Shown here: piece after piece, positions 24,633-38,555 of the stretch | Numbering within the stretch: position 1 is the first letter of the stretch | How the letters are laid out: the number at the start of each line of letters is the position of its first letter | Source of the DNA: Octopus vulgaris | Lineage: Eukaryota | Assembly (NCBI GenBank): GCA_951406725.2 | Contig: OX597817.1 | Coordinates: forward strand, 112,406,001-112,470,000 | DNA: 64,000 bases | Direction of reading: 5' to 3' | Notes under the pieces: model-generated | Told to the model about the DNA's origin: nothing | The model's database searches: none | What the model saw: only the letters and a program-made list of their open reading frames with translations | Translations under genes and position numbers: made by a program

Positions 24633-27095
24633 AGCCGAATGCAGAAAAACCTATGTTGTGATTAAACGAAACAAATATGATGTTGTTACCTGTCCTGTTA
24701 AAATTCACAAACAACTCGCAGGTTTTAAAATACCAGGGTAGCATGGCTTGGATACTTTTAATGGTAAGTTTGCACGAACAGAGCCGACATGAGAATAAAT
24801 GACATGAAAGAATTAAACTCAAGACCGTAAACTAACATAACACTGATTTATTTTACTATGCACCAACACTCAACTTACAGTAGGGAAATTCCCGGCAGGG
24901 TTATGAAAAATAAAGTTTCAAAAACGTGCTGCAGTATCACTGAAAAGCTATAAGTGCAGACTCATCACTAAACTTTGGTGATTCAGAATATTCTGGGAGG
25001 GCACCAATTTGTATTGCGGAAAGATTTTTGAAAAGCTGTATTTTCTAAATCTTAGGGTGCACCTTTGAATAGTGAGGGGACAGTGTCGTCCAGTGCAGCC
25101 CGTTTAGTGACGGTCACGTATAAATATCAAGCATCCCATCTTAGGCGGTCGGTTATAATAATTCTGACACACAAACAGTATTAACTTCAACATGAATACG
25201 TAATATTTTCCGAAGAGTGCAGGTTGAATTTTGGAATTCCGATCTCATAAATCTAGCAATCCGAAGATACTAGAAGATGTCAACAGCAAAGTTTGTCACT
25301 GCCAACACTATAAGATCATCTGTAGTGTACTAGACCTCATCAGTCTTTCGACCATTTAAGTACTATGCATCTCTACAGGGCTGTCTCAGTAGCATTATGG
25401 GTCCCCGGGCAAATCAAAGCACTGCGATTTATAATAATTTATTTATTACTATTAATAATAATTTATTTATTATTAATAACTTATTTATTATTATTATTAT
25501 AATTTATTTATTTATAATTCATTTATTAAGCTAGAGCTGACATAGATCAGAATTTGGCCCCTTAGACTTGTGGGGCTCTCAGACTTCCGCCTATTGTATT
25601 GCATTTCTGTCTCTGATTAATACTGCATCGAGATGCCCTACTCAGTACCTCTTCTGATGTTGCTTAAGAACTTTTTCGCTCTCCAACACGAACCCATCGC
25701 TACTCCCCCGATCCTTCTCATGCCCATCCACACTCCAAAATCAAATCCTCCTCTTAACGAGTACTGCAAAACCACTGCACTCTTTCACCAACTCTGCATA
25801 CTTTTTGTGCTCTCTCTCTTGCACTTCTTCCATCTTCGTCTCTCACGGCGCAGTCAACTATATGTTGACCATTTGACGTTCCGCTCTTGACACAAGAACC
25901 AAGTCATGTTCACCGCTTCTTTTAACATTGACTGATTCCCTTCCTCATCCTCTAACACTGAGCTTGTTTTGACAACATTGACGAGATTCCTAAGATTCTA
26001 AATCTACTCAGAAGAGGGCACAAATATTCCTGGCATATTTAATATTCGTATCATATTCCTGATCTGAAGATATTTAGCGTTGCAACAAAAATGGTTGGTA
26101 GTTCAGGGTTGTAACCACTGGCTCATGAACGTAATTTGTTTAGTGGGAGAGTGCAAATCCAGGTCCAATTTCTTTACAAACAAAGTCTTATTGTTTTTCT
26201 TTTATCATTATTTATTTTTGTTCTTTGTCCTTTGAGAAGAAAACCTAACTTGAAGCTACTTTTTACAGATCACTTTTTACACAATATTTTCTAAATCTGA
26301 GAAAAGTAAGTAGGGGTGCAAATTTTGATTTTGCACTCCTCAAAAATCTCAGGACGTGCCCTTGCACCCGCTGTTCCCGGTCCCATGGTTGTAACTAGAT
26401 TTCAAAGATTTACTTTCCTTCCGATGGAAGTGTAACAGCTCTAACATACAACCATGAGCTGCAAATGATAAATAATTATAAATAATTGATACGTGTTTTC
26501 GTTTGCTGATAGATCTTGAGTATACGATTCCATATATAAAATATTTACTGATCATCCAGATGCTGTATTTTTATTAAAATATTAGTCAAAATTATCCAGT
26601 CTTTGAACAATAAATGTACAACCAATATTGTTCATTTCTAGCTGTGCTCGACAAATGGAAAATCAGCGCAGTTAAATTACCGATTGAGTAAACTTTAATA
26701 TCAAGATTACTTATTAGGTTATCCAGTACATTCATTAATATTTATGTTGGTGGGGTAAAATTTGAAGACTTGGCTACTATTTCTTGCAATTCGAATAACC
26801 TTATAGAAGGATCCCCATTGGTTGGTTATACTTTGCAATAATTTCTACCTCCACACACACTTTTAGCTGTTCTAACAATATATCAAGAAATGGAGATGTG
26901 AGAGGCATTGGTCTATGTTATTTATGTTTTGTTGTTTAGTCTCACAAATCTGGAAATATGGCTGAAGAAAATGTGTTTTTAATCAAACGTAACTTTTTTT
27001 AAAATTTCGCATTTTAATATGAATATCATATTTTAAATTGATATGCATTCGTTTTAAATAAAAAAACCCCATCTGATTTAAATTAAAGTTTATAT

Positions 27096-27259
27096 GGCGT
27101 AGGAGTGGCTGTTTGGCAAGTAGTTTGCTTATCAACCACATAGTTCCGGGTTCAGTCCCACTGCGTGGCACCTTGGGCAAGTGTCTTCTACTATAGCTCG
27201 GGCCAACCAAAGCCTCGTGAGTGGATTTGGTTGACGGAAACTGAAAGAAACCCGTCGTA

Positions 27260-27314
<55 letters not shown>

Positions 27315-27537
27315 ATATGTTTGTTCGTCTGTGTTTGTGTCCCCCCTCCAACATCGCTTGACAACCGATGTTGGTGTGTTTACGTTCCCGAACCTAGCAG
27401 TTCGGCAAAAGAGACCGATAGAATTAGTACTAGGTTTACAAAGAATAAGTCCTGGGGTCGATTTGCTCGACTAAAGGCGGTGCTCTAGCATGGCCACAGT
27501 CAAATGACTGAAACAAGTAAAAGAGAGTAAAAGAGAA
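27096..27537 (+). mobile_element. Full-length tRNA-derived SINE with internal (TA)n
   Basis: tRNA-like head ggcgtaggagtggctg...ggttcagtcccactgcgtggcacc, internal microsatellite and aagtaaaagagagtaaaagag tail. Confidence 0.9.
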
Positions 27538-28899
27538 TAATTTAAATCATAGTTTAGTCGTTTTAATTTGAAAATCATTTATTTTAATTTGAAAAGTCAG
27601 TCAAAAGGTATAGATCAACTCTTTACATTAAATGACATCGTTAGATACATCAATTCTCATCGAGATACTGCGCTGATCACAAAAGATGTAAAAGATCATT
27701 TGAATAAATGATATAACACCACATGCAAATCCACATTACAATCCATGTAGCAATGACCAAGCTAAATTATCTCTTAAAACACTTAATGTGTCTGATTTTT
27801 ATTGGGGAGTAAATTGTTTATACTCTATCTTCTAAAAAGGTTCCTGATCTGAAAAGCCACAAATTGTACCCCTCATGATATATTTTTTTATGTTTTAATA
27901 TTCCACCGGTGTTCTCCCAATGGCAACACACTACCGGCTTGAATTTCATATTTTGATGAAGTTTCTTTTTTTTTTTATGTTGATCTGTTCGAGAGAACAA
28001 GAATGATCCATATATTGAAGCGCAATAGTTAACTGAAGAAAATCCACTGTATTAGCATGCGAAGTTTCCAACAGTATCGTTGCGTGATCTTGCACAATGC
28101 CCAGTAATAACGTAATGTCTGCAGATCATCTGTTGACAATGTAAGTCAGTATCCTCGGTACAAGATATTGCAATTTCTGTATCACTACAAACAATGCAAG
28201 AATTGCATTCTTCTCAATTTGTTTAGTCAGTCAAACAAAAGATAACTAAAAATCGCAAGTCAAATTGATTATCCAAGGACCCCTATTGATTAACGTGATG
28301 ATAATCTTTGAACTAAAACATATTTTCTTTTAATGTTTATAATTCTTAAGTGTCTTGCATTATGTACTGTTCTCCTTAAACATATTTGCTTAGTTGTAGA
28401 TTTTATATCTTAAGTTTTGAGTATATTTGCCTGTCGTCTAGATTTGGAAACTCACTGTCTTTGAGAGAGATTTTTGGAAGAACCCTACGGTGGAAGTACA
28501 AAACATTTGCACCATATTAAGATGTATAGAGCTAAGAAGTTCGTTTCCAGGTTTGAAATTACTGAGGAGTACCCTAGGAAGCAGATTCTGCTGTAGCATT
28601 ACGTTGAACGATGCCTTCTCAGAAGGCATTCGGTAGACGGAAACTCGTAGTGTTTATCTCTGTACTGACTAGAACTTCTGGTTTTTGTCTCGTTGCAACA
28701 GTCCAACACACATTCATATACTATACAGTATCCCGTCTCCCTAGACCCCTTAGTACTTTAAATCATCCGACTGGTAGGAGCTCCGCTAATTTCATTCCAC
28801 TTATCCCTTGGAGTACACATAGCTGAAACCATCCTTTTAAGTATTTCTTTTCACATGTCACACATAACAGCTCAATGTCCTAAGTCCGTTATGTCTTTG

Positions 28900-30520
28900 T
28901 CCATCATACGGCTCTTAAACTTTTCAGCCTCCCAAACAGAAACCGAGCTTTTTGGGTCCTAGCTAAAAAACAAAAAAAAATCTCCACCAACTTTGCCTCC
29001 TCTTCTAAACAATGAGAGTTCTGTAAGTAGTATCCCCATGAAGAAAGCCTCCAATTTCGTTTCAAGCCTTGCATCCAACTTCACACTATACACCTTTGAC
29101 CATTCTCCTTCAAATCTACCCAATTCCAATCTACCATTTTCCCCATCCTGCATTCGATCACATACCATGTGCAGATATATCTTCAGTTGTTCACACAAAC
29201 AAGGTCATCGGCCCTGCCAATATCCCTTCCACCATACTTATATACATTGCGCCCAAGAACTTGCTCCTATACATACTGAACTTTTCAACCTCTCACTCTT
29301 CGAGGATATGCCCTAAAAATTTGGAAGTACGTCTCGGTGTGTCCCATTCCAAAGAAAGGCAATTCCTTTGACCCAGGCAACTATCGCCCTCTTTTCTGAC
29401 CTTTAAAATCTGTACGGTAATGGAAACAGCCATCAACAATGACGTTCTCTAGCATCTTGAATTTCTCTTCTCAGTGACATTTAACGCGACTTCTGCAGAG
29501 CCAGGTCCACTGACGAAAACCTCTCTTATATTTACCAGTGGGCTCTCACTTTAGAAGAGTTCGGTGAAATTGGTGTTGCCCACGATACAACAGTAAAGCC
29601 TTCAGCTGCGTCTAGCATGCAAATCTATCAAAACTTACCACTTATAGGCTCCACCTATCTCTCATCTTTTGAATCGGGAGCTTCCTATTTGATAGCAGCT
29701 TCGTGGTATATGTTGACATGTGCTCTTTCAACCTCCTTCCCAATCAATTCTAATGTTCCCCAGAGTTCTTTAACTCCATTTTCATACACACCTCTTTTTA
29801 CATCCATTTACCGCACTCATCCTACAACGTCTGCTCTTAAACAAACGACACGGCCCTTCATTCTTCCCTAACTTTGTCCACTCATTAACCATTCACAAGC
29901 CAAACTTGCTCTAATTCCATAAACGGTGACCATGAGAGAGTCCTTAACTAGGGCCTTGCCAACCGTCTCACCTAACAGCAAAAAAAAAAGAAGAAAAAAT
30001 CTCTTATATTTAGAAAATACAACGGCACCACGACCTATCTAGAACCCCCAAAACTGGCACTCACTATCACCGAGGATCTCTCCTGATGAAAACACATAGG
30101 TAGAATCGCATCTCCAAGACTAATCCTTTTTCAGAGCTTGAAAATATTTCAGCCCTAAACAGCGACTGACACTTTAAAAGGATCTAGTAAGACTCACAAT
30201 GGAGTAGTACTTCCACAGAGGGGGGGGGAGGCAGTGTTACTGCTACGCACAGAAATAACTCTGGAATGCAATCAGAGAAAAAACACTCAACAAAATAATT
30301 TTCAGTTTAGGGACACACTTCAGCGTCCTGTCTCATCTCTACTATAATGGCTTCTTCCTAAGACCAAGCAGGCCTCCTACTACTCATGTCACTATTGGTA
30401 TGCCCAAATCCCTTCACTAACTATTATTCCAGTCCCCCCCCCCCAGGAAATTGGTCCTCTGGAATCTTCTCTTTGCTCCTGTCTTTCCTGCAGGTGTTGA
30501 TCTTCAATAAACGAAACATT
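28900..30520 (+). mobile_element. Highly decayed CR1/Jockey-group LINE RT relic
   Basis: Broken motifs CAQELAPI..LFNLSL, WK..SVCPIPKKGNSFDPGNYRP, F.RARST and NVPQSS. Confidence 0.6.
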
Positions 30521-33436
30521 AACAGCATTGGAGGGACCGAACATGCATATAACAAAACTTAGCTAACAGAATTAAGAGTGGTCAATGAATATGGATAAAA
30601 GACGAGTTAAATAAAATCAATTTTGAATTTGTTTTGCAAAAAAATTGATTAGAAGGTGGGTGTTAAAACCAGACGTAACAATGCATATATTAATACAAAA
30701 TAAAATGAATACGCGATTTATTGAAATTATCTTCATTACGATGGGTGAACAAACGCAGATGCGATGACACCGACTGCACAGGGAAGATAATCTCAAAAAT
30801 ATTCTGAAATTGACATGCCCTAAAAGAAAAGATTTTATTGGTCATGGTGGAAAGCACCGAGACGAATAGTCACGGTGGTCTTGCATGGTCACAGTCAAAT
30901 GGCTGGAATTGATAAAATACCAGTCTAGAGGTTGTCTCACGAGTAACAAATGCTATAACATAGGCGTTACACCCAGACAAGTGATACGAATTGTATGGAG
31001 GTAAAATGCATAAGGACTGCTTTCAACTTCTGACTACAGTATTACTGTTAAAGGTTCAACATGCCGGGCAAAATGCGTAGTCCGTCTTTACGTTCTGAGT
31101 TCAAACTGCGCCGAGGTCAACTTTGCCTTTAAACCTTTCGATCCGATAAAATAAGCACCTATTGAACACTGGAGTCGATTTAAAAACTTCGCCCCTCCCA
31201 AGAAAGTGCTGGCCTTGAACTAAAATTTGAAACCATTATTACAGTTACAGTTTCTTCTCTTCGGAAGTTAAGAATTCTTGATTGTAACCGAAGAAAGCAT
31301 CCAACTACGAGCAATAGAATTGAGCTACTGACAACACATACAAAACATTTACGAACGCACGCTGACAACGAATGGATATTACTAGTAAGAAACAATGAGC
31401 TAATTTCAAGTTTACATTTAGCAGTAACTATACCTCAAGTAGTAGTTTATTAGCGATTTTGCACCATCTGTCGTAACTTAGGTACTGCTGTCACGTATTC
31501 TCTATAGAATTTTAAATACTGCCAAAGATATCAGAAGGAAAAATCTACTCAAGTTACCGGAATGATACAGCAACATTTATCTACAAAGGTAGGGAGAGAA
31601 GCTGCAGTCGATCGATTCGTTCTTTAATATTGTCATGCTGTTAAGTGTTCAGTCGATCACAATGAAACGCAATATCCATAGCAGGTTTGCTACTGTAGTT
31701 ACATGTGGACACAATAACATCCGCAAAATGTTATACAAGAAGTATTGGGGAAATAAACGTGGGGAAAATCTTTTTAAAAAATAAAAAGTAGTTTTATTAA
31801 GAGATTTCCCGTTATATATTAAGCTTTGAATAGTTTTAACCAGGGTAATATATTTGCGTTGGTGTGATGGGAACGACAAAAACAAAATGCTGCTCGAGCA
31901 TTTTCTTTTTAAGCAATGTGATGTTAATTATTGTCATTGTATACTTACAGTTACAAACAAATGGCGAAGTCATAAGACTGCATATCATTAAAAATTAATT
32001 TGAGCAAAGAACATCTATGTGTATACAATATATGCGGGCGATGTAGGGCGTCAGACTTAAAGACTGCCAACTCACTTATCAGGAGCATTCATCTTCCCTT
32101 TACCCAACGTAAGCTAGACAAATTATTCCACAGAATAACGTACAAATTATTTGTATAACTATTTCACTCTGACATACAAAGATAAAAATGTTTACTTCAA
32201 CGAAAGTTGGTACAATTTAAAAAGTGTAAGGTGTACAGATGATTAATCTCTTCCCATCCTAAGCACACACATATTTGCATTAGAGTAAGTTGCATCAAAT
32301 ATCTTGTGTAAATAATTATCACCTTTGGAATGAAAGGTTAGTCCTCCTTAATTTCTAAGTGGAGCAAAACAAGTTACTTGTATTGTCAGACAACAAAACA
32401 TTGTTATTATGCAAGTCTTAAACAACATACATACATGAATGGAATGCCAAAAAATAAATAAAAATAAATAAATAAAAGGCTGCTTAGTTTGGATAAGTTG
32501 TGATGATACTACACAGATTTATTTTTAAAACGTAGTTATTTACTAAAACACACCGATCTGACATCGTTAGAGATTCGGGGTTAAACAGTAAACAAGCAAA
32601 AGCGTTCTAAGTAGAACCAAGTCTTTTTTTTTTTTTACATGTTGTTTACATATGAAATAAAAGCTTCAATTGGCGAAGCGAATAGATCTAGTAATGTCTC
32701 CTAACAGCATGTGTTTTATTTAATATTTAATCAAGAGTTTTTATTTACATTTTTCAACAGTTGGCTGTTCGTTACTTCTCACATTCACATATCTATATAT
32801 ACATTTGAAGATGGATAAAATAAAGTTTTCCGCTAAAATTAAAAGATAACAGCAATAACGGTTTCAAATTTTGGCAGTGCCAGCAATTCTAAGAGACGGG
32901 ATAAGTCGATTACATCGACTCCAGTATTCAACTGGTATTCCTTTTATCGATCCTGATTGATGAAAAGCACAGTCGACTTAAGCAGAATTTGTACTTAGAC
33001 CGTACAGGGCAAGAAGAAACGCAACAAAACATTTTGTCCGACGCGCTAACGATCCCTGCCAGCTCTGTCTTAATAACAATAATAACAATGAAGACTACGT
33101 ACCGTACAAGAATTTTGTTCGTATTTTATACAGGAATACAAAAATATATCGATATATCAATAAACAAAATACAACACGAAATGAAGAAAGTAAATTCCCT
33201 TAAAGTCTTCAAAAGTGGGCAAGATGCGCTCCATTTAAAGAGGAAAACTGATAAAAAAATTATCAGCCGAGTAATATTAGAACAAGTACTGTTAAAAGTT
33301 AGTATAAAATCACGCATCATGATAATTAAACATTAATATATACGCGTGTGTGTATATGTGTGTTTGTGCGCGCGCATATAAAACAAATCAACAGTGCATT
33401 AGAATTCTTTGTATGGTTTAGTGTGTGTGTGCATGG

Positions 33437-33853
33437 TTAGTGAGGCGAATGTAATTCCTGTTGGACACTCTGAAAAGTCTTGAGATGTTCCGCATAATCT
33501 TCAGAGGAGGTCACAGACGAAGTGGGAGATTTAGGATCTTCGAAGACCATAACAATTCCACCGCTACTTTTGTTGAGAGTAAACCGAGATGCATTCGACC
33601 AGCCAACTATAACATTCGGATTGACTGTCATACAATGGTAATTACCACCTTCGAGATAACACTGAAACATCTGAGTTTTCACTCGGGACCGTGGTACCCT
33701 GAAACTGGCCAGCAGACTTTTTAATAAGCTTCGTGGTAGCGGAACATTCAACGAGGAACGAATAACTGTACCGTTCGAGTCGTATATAACGACACCTCTT
33801 ATAGCCATAGCGTGCTGTTGACTAGGCGTAGCCTCCGTGTATTGGGACATCAT
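33437..33853 (-). CDS. Divergent profilin-fold protein (138 aa, single coding exon)
   Basis: Unique-sequence ORF whose pattern GVVIYDSNGTVIRSS...LKSLLASF...LEGGNYHCMTVNPNVIVGW...FTLNKSSGGIVMVF...VTSSEDYAEHLK parallels the profilin consensus (AI...G...S; lgG.kY.....d...iyG; kT...ivi; ve.la.YL). A possible 5'-UTR acceptor aacag lies near 33898. Confidence 0.65.
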   Translation of the reverse strand: MMSQYTEATPSQQHAMAIRGVVIYDSNGTVIRSSLNVPLPRSLLKSLLASFRVPRSRVKTQMFQCYLEGGNYHCMTVNPNVIVGWSNASRFTLNKSSGGIVMVFEDPKSPTSSVTSSEDYAEHLKTFQSVQQELHSPH

Positions 33854-34839
33854 TTATATTGTTGCAGAACACCTTCTTTCACTACGTGCTTGGCTGCTGT
33901 TAATGTAATAATTAGATCCTGGAGATAACAGCTACTGAGTAACTGCTATACAGCTATGACAATTTTGATTTTAAGCTCCTTGTGTACTTACGAAATTTAT
34001 AACAATGGCAATTCAAAAGTGTTAAGAGTTTATGTAAATTTTAAAATATTCAAATATATCTGATATATATATGTGCGTATGTGTGTGTGTGTGAGTGAGT
34101 GTGTGTTTACTCATTGCATACGTTCATGCGAATGTATGTAGGAGTAATTGTATGTGTGTAAATATATACGCGTATGTAACTAATTGTATATGTTTAAATA
34201 TAAACATGTACGGATGCGCATAGCTCTTGAATAAGCTGTTTGCTGGTGTTATCCTTGTTGTAGCTTACCTATAAACATTTTCAAACAGTATTTTTTCTCC
34301 TTTTTGAGTGGCGAGGTATTATGAATCTAATATGTGTGTGTGTGTGTGTGTATAAAAACATACACACCAGAATCCGAGGATACTTGCGATGATCTATCTG
34401 TATCTTTTTTATTCCCAATTCACGTCTGGGATGCTTAGGAAAATTACAAGCCAGAACTTGACTGATAATGCTGTCGACCTCGGAAAGCTGAAAGGTATAA
34501 GTTATACTGACTTTGGGGTGGGGGGAGGTGAATTCACAACATAATGAACCGTAACTGAAATAAATACGGAAAGCTTTTTATTCCACCGCTCTAATGATTG
34601 TAATAAACAGCTCATAATATTAATAAAGCCAGATAAGTTGATGTGTTGTGAGGAGAAATGAGTTCTGACATTTCGATCATTGTGCATTCATAAATAATGG
34701 ATGCTGACATGGTTGGGTGGTTAAGAAGCTCTCTTCATAACCATGGAGATCCTGGCTCGAACCTCCTATGTGGCATCTTGGGTAAGTACAGTTACCATAG
34801 TTTCGGGTCGACATTGAATAAATTTGCGTCAACCGAAAT

Positions 34840-35700
34840 TTATTTCTTTATTGCCCACAAGGGGCCAAACACAGAGAGGACAAACACGGACAGACATAGT
34901 AACTGATACTTATTTAATCGACCCCCGAAAGGATGAAAGGCAAAGTCGATCTCAGCGGAATTTGAACTAAGAGCGTAACGGCAGACGAAATACTTATTTC
35001 TATTTCTTTACTACCCACGAGGAGCTAAACACAGGAGACAAACAAGGACAGACAGACGGATTTAGTCGATTATATCGACCCCAGTGCGTAACTAGTACTT
35101 ATTTAATCGACCCCGAAAGGATGAACGGCTATCCACAATGGGCTAAACACAGAGGACAAACAAGGACAGACAAACGGATTAAGTCGATTATATCGACCCC
35201 AGTGCGTAACTGGTACTTATTTAATCGAGCCCGAAAGGATGAAAGGCAAAGTCGACCTCGGCGGAATTTGAACTCAGAACGTAACGGCAGACGAAATACC
35301 TATTTCTTTACTATCCACAATGGGCTAAACACAGAGGACAAACAAGGACAGACAAACGGATTAAGTCGATTATATCGACCCCAGTGCGTAACTGGTACTT
35401 ATTTAATCGAGCCCGAAAGGATGAAAGGCAAAGTCGACCTCGGCGGAATTTGAACTCAGAACGTAACGGCAGACGAAATACCTATTTCTTTACTACCCAC
35501 AATGGGCGGACAAACAAGGACAGACAAACGGATTAAGTCGATTATATCGACCCCAGTGCGTAACTGGTACTTATTTAATCGAGCCCGAAAGGATGAAAGG
35601 CAAAGTCGACCTCGGCGGAATTTGAACTCAGAATGTAACGGCAGACGAAATACGGCTACGCATCTCGCCCGGCGTGCTAACGACTCTGCCATCTCGCCGC
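34840..35700 (-). repeat. Head-to-tail concatemer of about 5 SINE units (about 180-bp period), one tRNA head only
   Basis: Near-identical units ...cacagaggacaaacaaggacagacaaacggattaagtcg...gaactcagaacgtaacggcagacgaaatacc. The head ggcgagatggcagagtcgttagcacgccggg occurs only at 35660-35700. Confidence 0.9.
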
Positions 35701-36577
35701 GTCATCCGAACTTGTATAGTAAATCTTCTGATGGACTGCACTTGTAATTTTCATACTGATTCTATTTGAGAATTTCGTAAAGAGTACACACGTCTATGGA
35801 ATTCTAAGCCGTTTTTCATGCTTAATCTAATGAGTAAGTTTTCCAGTCAACCGACCAAGAGGACACCCAATCAATAAACAGCTACATATTCAAATGCATG
35901 CTTCCTCTTTTGCAGTCAATAGTGTGTGAAGACATGAAAATTTGGCTGTTATTTCTAGTAGATTTTGTGACCATGTCTGTGACTCATTCGTCAACTTTTG
36001 CATATGATCTTGTCAACCGGTTTTAACATCACCATCACCCAGGTTGTTTTCAGCAGCCTCTCTGGTCTCATGCAAGTATTCAGACAGGTTTCTCTCACAG
36101 GACAATTCAATATATTGACGATGTGCTGCTTCATAAAGCTGCTAATCACGATTTGTAAACAATCGAAAGAGCGTGCATGACCACTCGATCTGCGAGAAAT
36201 AGCAGTCAAATTTCTCTTAAGTTATGTCCTAAAAAAGAAAAAAAAAAGAAGAAAACTTCGAAGGACATAGGATAATGCATGCATCTATATAGTCCTAATG
36301 AGTCATTGGAAGGTCTATTTGTTAAAGTCTGGCCTAGGATAACCCCCAACCACCAACAACAGCAATAACTAACGCTTGAGTCGAGTTTCTCCCTCTCCCC
36401 CCCAACTAGTCACGTGAGATAGGGCTTCACAAAAGATTATCTTTGGCATTCCTTCTCCGATTATGGCATAAAAAGGGGGAACAAAAAGATTTATATGTAA
36501 GATGTATTTATATGCATACGCGTGTAAGCATGTTATTATTCAGTTTTATTTTAAGATTTCTTGCCAATAGGATGAAA

Positions 36578-36895
36578 ACGCGTGGCTTAGTGGTTACGGT
36601 ATTCGGCTCACGAACACAAGGTCGTGAGTTCAATTCCCGGCGATGCGTTGTGTCCTTGAGCAAGACATTTTATTTCACGTTGCTCCAGTCCACTCAGCTG
36701 GAAAAAATGAGTAGTGCCAGTATTTCAAAGGTCCAGCTTTATCACATTTTGTGTCACGCTGAATCTCCCTGAGAACTACGTTAGGGGTACACAAGTCGGT
36801 AGAGTGCTCAGTCACTTACACGTTAATTTCACGAGTAGGCTGTTCCGTTGATCGGATCAACTGGAACTCTCGTCGTCGTAATCGACGGAGTGCCA
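36578..36895 (+). mobile_element. Full-length tRNA-derived SINE with TSD
   Basis: Head cgcgtggcttagtggtta...gagttcaattccc; flanking duplication ttgccaatag at about 36561 and 36897. Confidence 0.85.
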
Positions 36896-36899
36896 GTTG

Positions 36900-37361
36900 C
36901 CAATAGAGAAAGAACCGGTTTCTAGCCTAGATTCAAGGCTACTTCATTGGATTTTCAACAGCATCAACGGTATTTTTGCATGTATGTTTGTATATTCGAA
37001 GGATTTGGTGTCCAGGCGTGTGTAGATTTCTGTTTTTTTTTTTAAAAACATATAGTTGCATATTTATACTGAAATACTAAATTGGAAAGTTTCACATTTC
37101 CATTGATGACTTGGATCTGTAGTCTTCGAACCAGCTTTCTCCTTTCTAGTTTTGAGAAGCATAATTTCTCAATATTCGTGCTTAGGTAGTTTGTTGCATA
37201 TCCATTTACTCCAATAATTACCGGTATGAACTTGAACTTGTAATCCGTGTAGAATAAATGTGAGTTTCACAATAGTTCAGAGTTTGTGTTTTCTTTTTCA
37301 ATACTGATTTCCACTACTGTACATACTTTCTCTTCTCTATCCCAAATCAACATGTCTGGTC

Positions 37362-37362
<1 letters not shown>
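36900..37362 (-). mobile_element. R4/Dong-like LINE 3' fragment (restriction-like endonuclease)
   Basis: Minus strand reads RPDMLIWDREEKVCTVVEIS...YKFKFIPVIIGVNG. Confidence 0.65.
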
Positions 37363-37393
<31 letters not shown>

Positions 37394-37477
37394 TGTATGT
37401 ATGTATGTATGTATGTATGTATGTATGTATGTATGTATGTATGTATGTATGTATGTATGTATGTATGTATGTATGTA

Positions 37478-38495
37478 TTTCAATACAAAATGGAGTGAAA
37501 CAGGGGTATATTCTGGCACCGACCCAATTTTTCATATATTTCACGATGGTGTTCTGTATTGCATTCAGAAACTGCAGATACGGTGTTTACGTCCATTATC
37601 GAACCTCTAGAAGCATATTTAATATCAGGCGCTTTGCTGCAAAAACAAAGGTATTTACCTCTATCATAAGAGACCTTTTGTATGCAGATGACTGTGAGCT
37701 AGTAGCACACACAGAGATTGATATGCAACACATTTTGAATGCATTCTCTGATGCTTGCACTGCCTTGGGATTTACAGTCAATCTCAAGAAAACTGTTGTC
37801 ATGCATCAACCTGCCCCTAGTAAGCAGTATAGTGTACCAAATATCTATGTGTATGGTAAAAGACTTGATGTAGTTGATCAGTTTGTCTACCTGGGAAGCA
37901 CTATTAATAGATATTGCAATTTGGATGATGAAATTCCATATAGATTTAGGAAAGCAAGTGTTGCTTTCGGAAGGCTAGAAAAAGCGCCTCTGGAGTCGGC
38001 GTGACATATGCAGAAAGACAAAGATAAAGGCGTGCAAGGCATGTGTGCTCCCTTCTCTTCTCTATGCCTGCTAGACGTGGATCACATATCGATACCATCT
38101 TAAACAACTTGAACGTTTCCATCAGATGTGCCTCAGACGGATCTATGGCATTAAGTGGAAGGACCGCACCAGTGATCTTGAAATATTGGAAGGCTCTCGG
38201 TGTGAAAGTATAGAAGCTCTTGTGTTAAAGCAAAGGCTCAGATGGGGTGGTCATCTGGTCAGAATGAAGGATTCAAGGATGCCAAAACAACTCTTTTATG
38301 GAGAGTTAGCTAAAGGAGGACGACCTCCACATAAACAAAAAAAGAGGTATAAGGACTTGCTGAAGGCTTCCTTAAGAGAGTTTTGTTGATTAGCAATTGC
38401 TCGGCACATCTCCAGATTCCCTTCTTCCTAGCTGCTTGTTCTGCTGTGACAATGTTATTGGTTTCAAAATGGTCTTGGAGGAAGAAGATTAATCA
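37478..38495 (+). mobile_element. RTE (BovB-like) LINE RT fragment
   Basis: IQNGVKQGYILAPT.F, DLLYADDCELVAH, VNLKKTVVM, QFVYLGS and RLRWGGHLVRMKDSRMPKQLFYGEL. Confidence 0.9.
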
Positions 38496-38555
38496 TGTTG
38501 TATATATTTTATACATTAAGTTCTGTCATGCAAGTGGCCTGTAGTTTTTTGCCAT

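Noticed and set aside
24950-26385. Short GC-rich MITE-like patches (about 24950-25115, 25376-25580 and 26310-26385)
   Set aside because: TIRs and TSDs could not be defined confidently by eye.
27950-28130. About 58-codon open frame on the minus strand
   Set aside because: No recognisable domain and weak splice context; the length is within chance.
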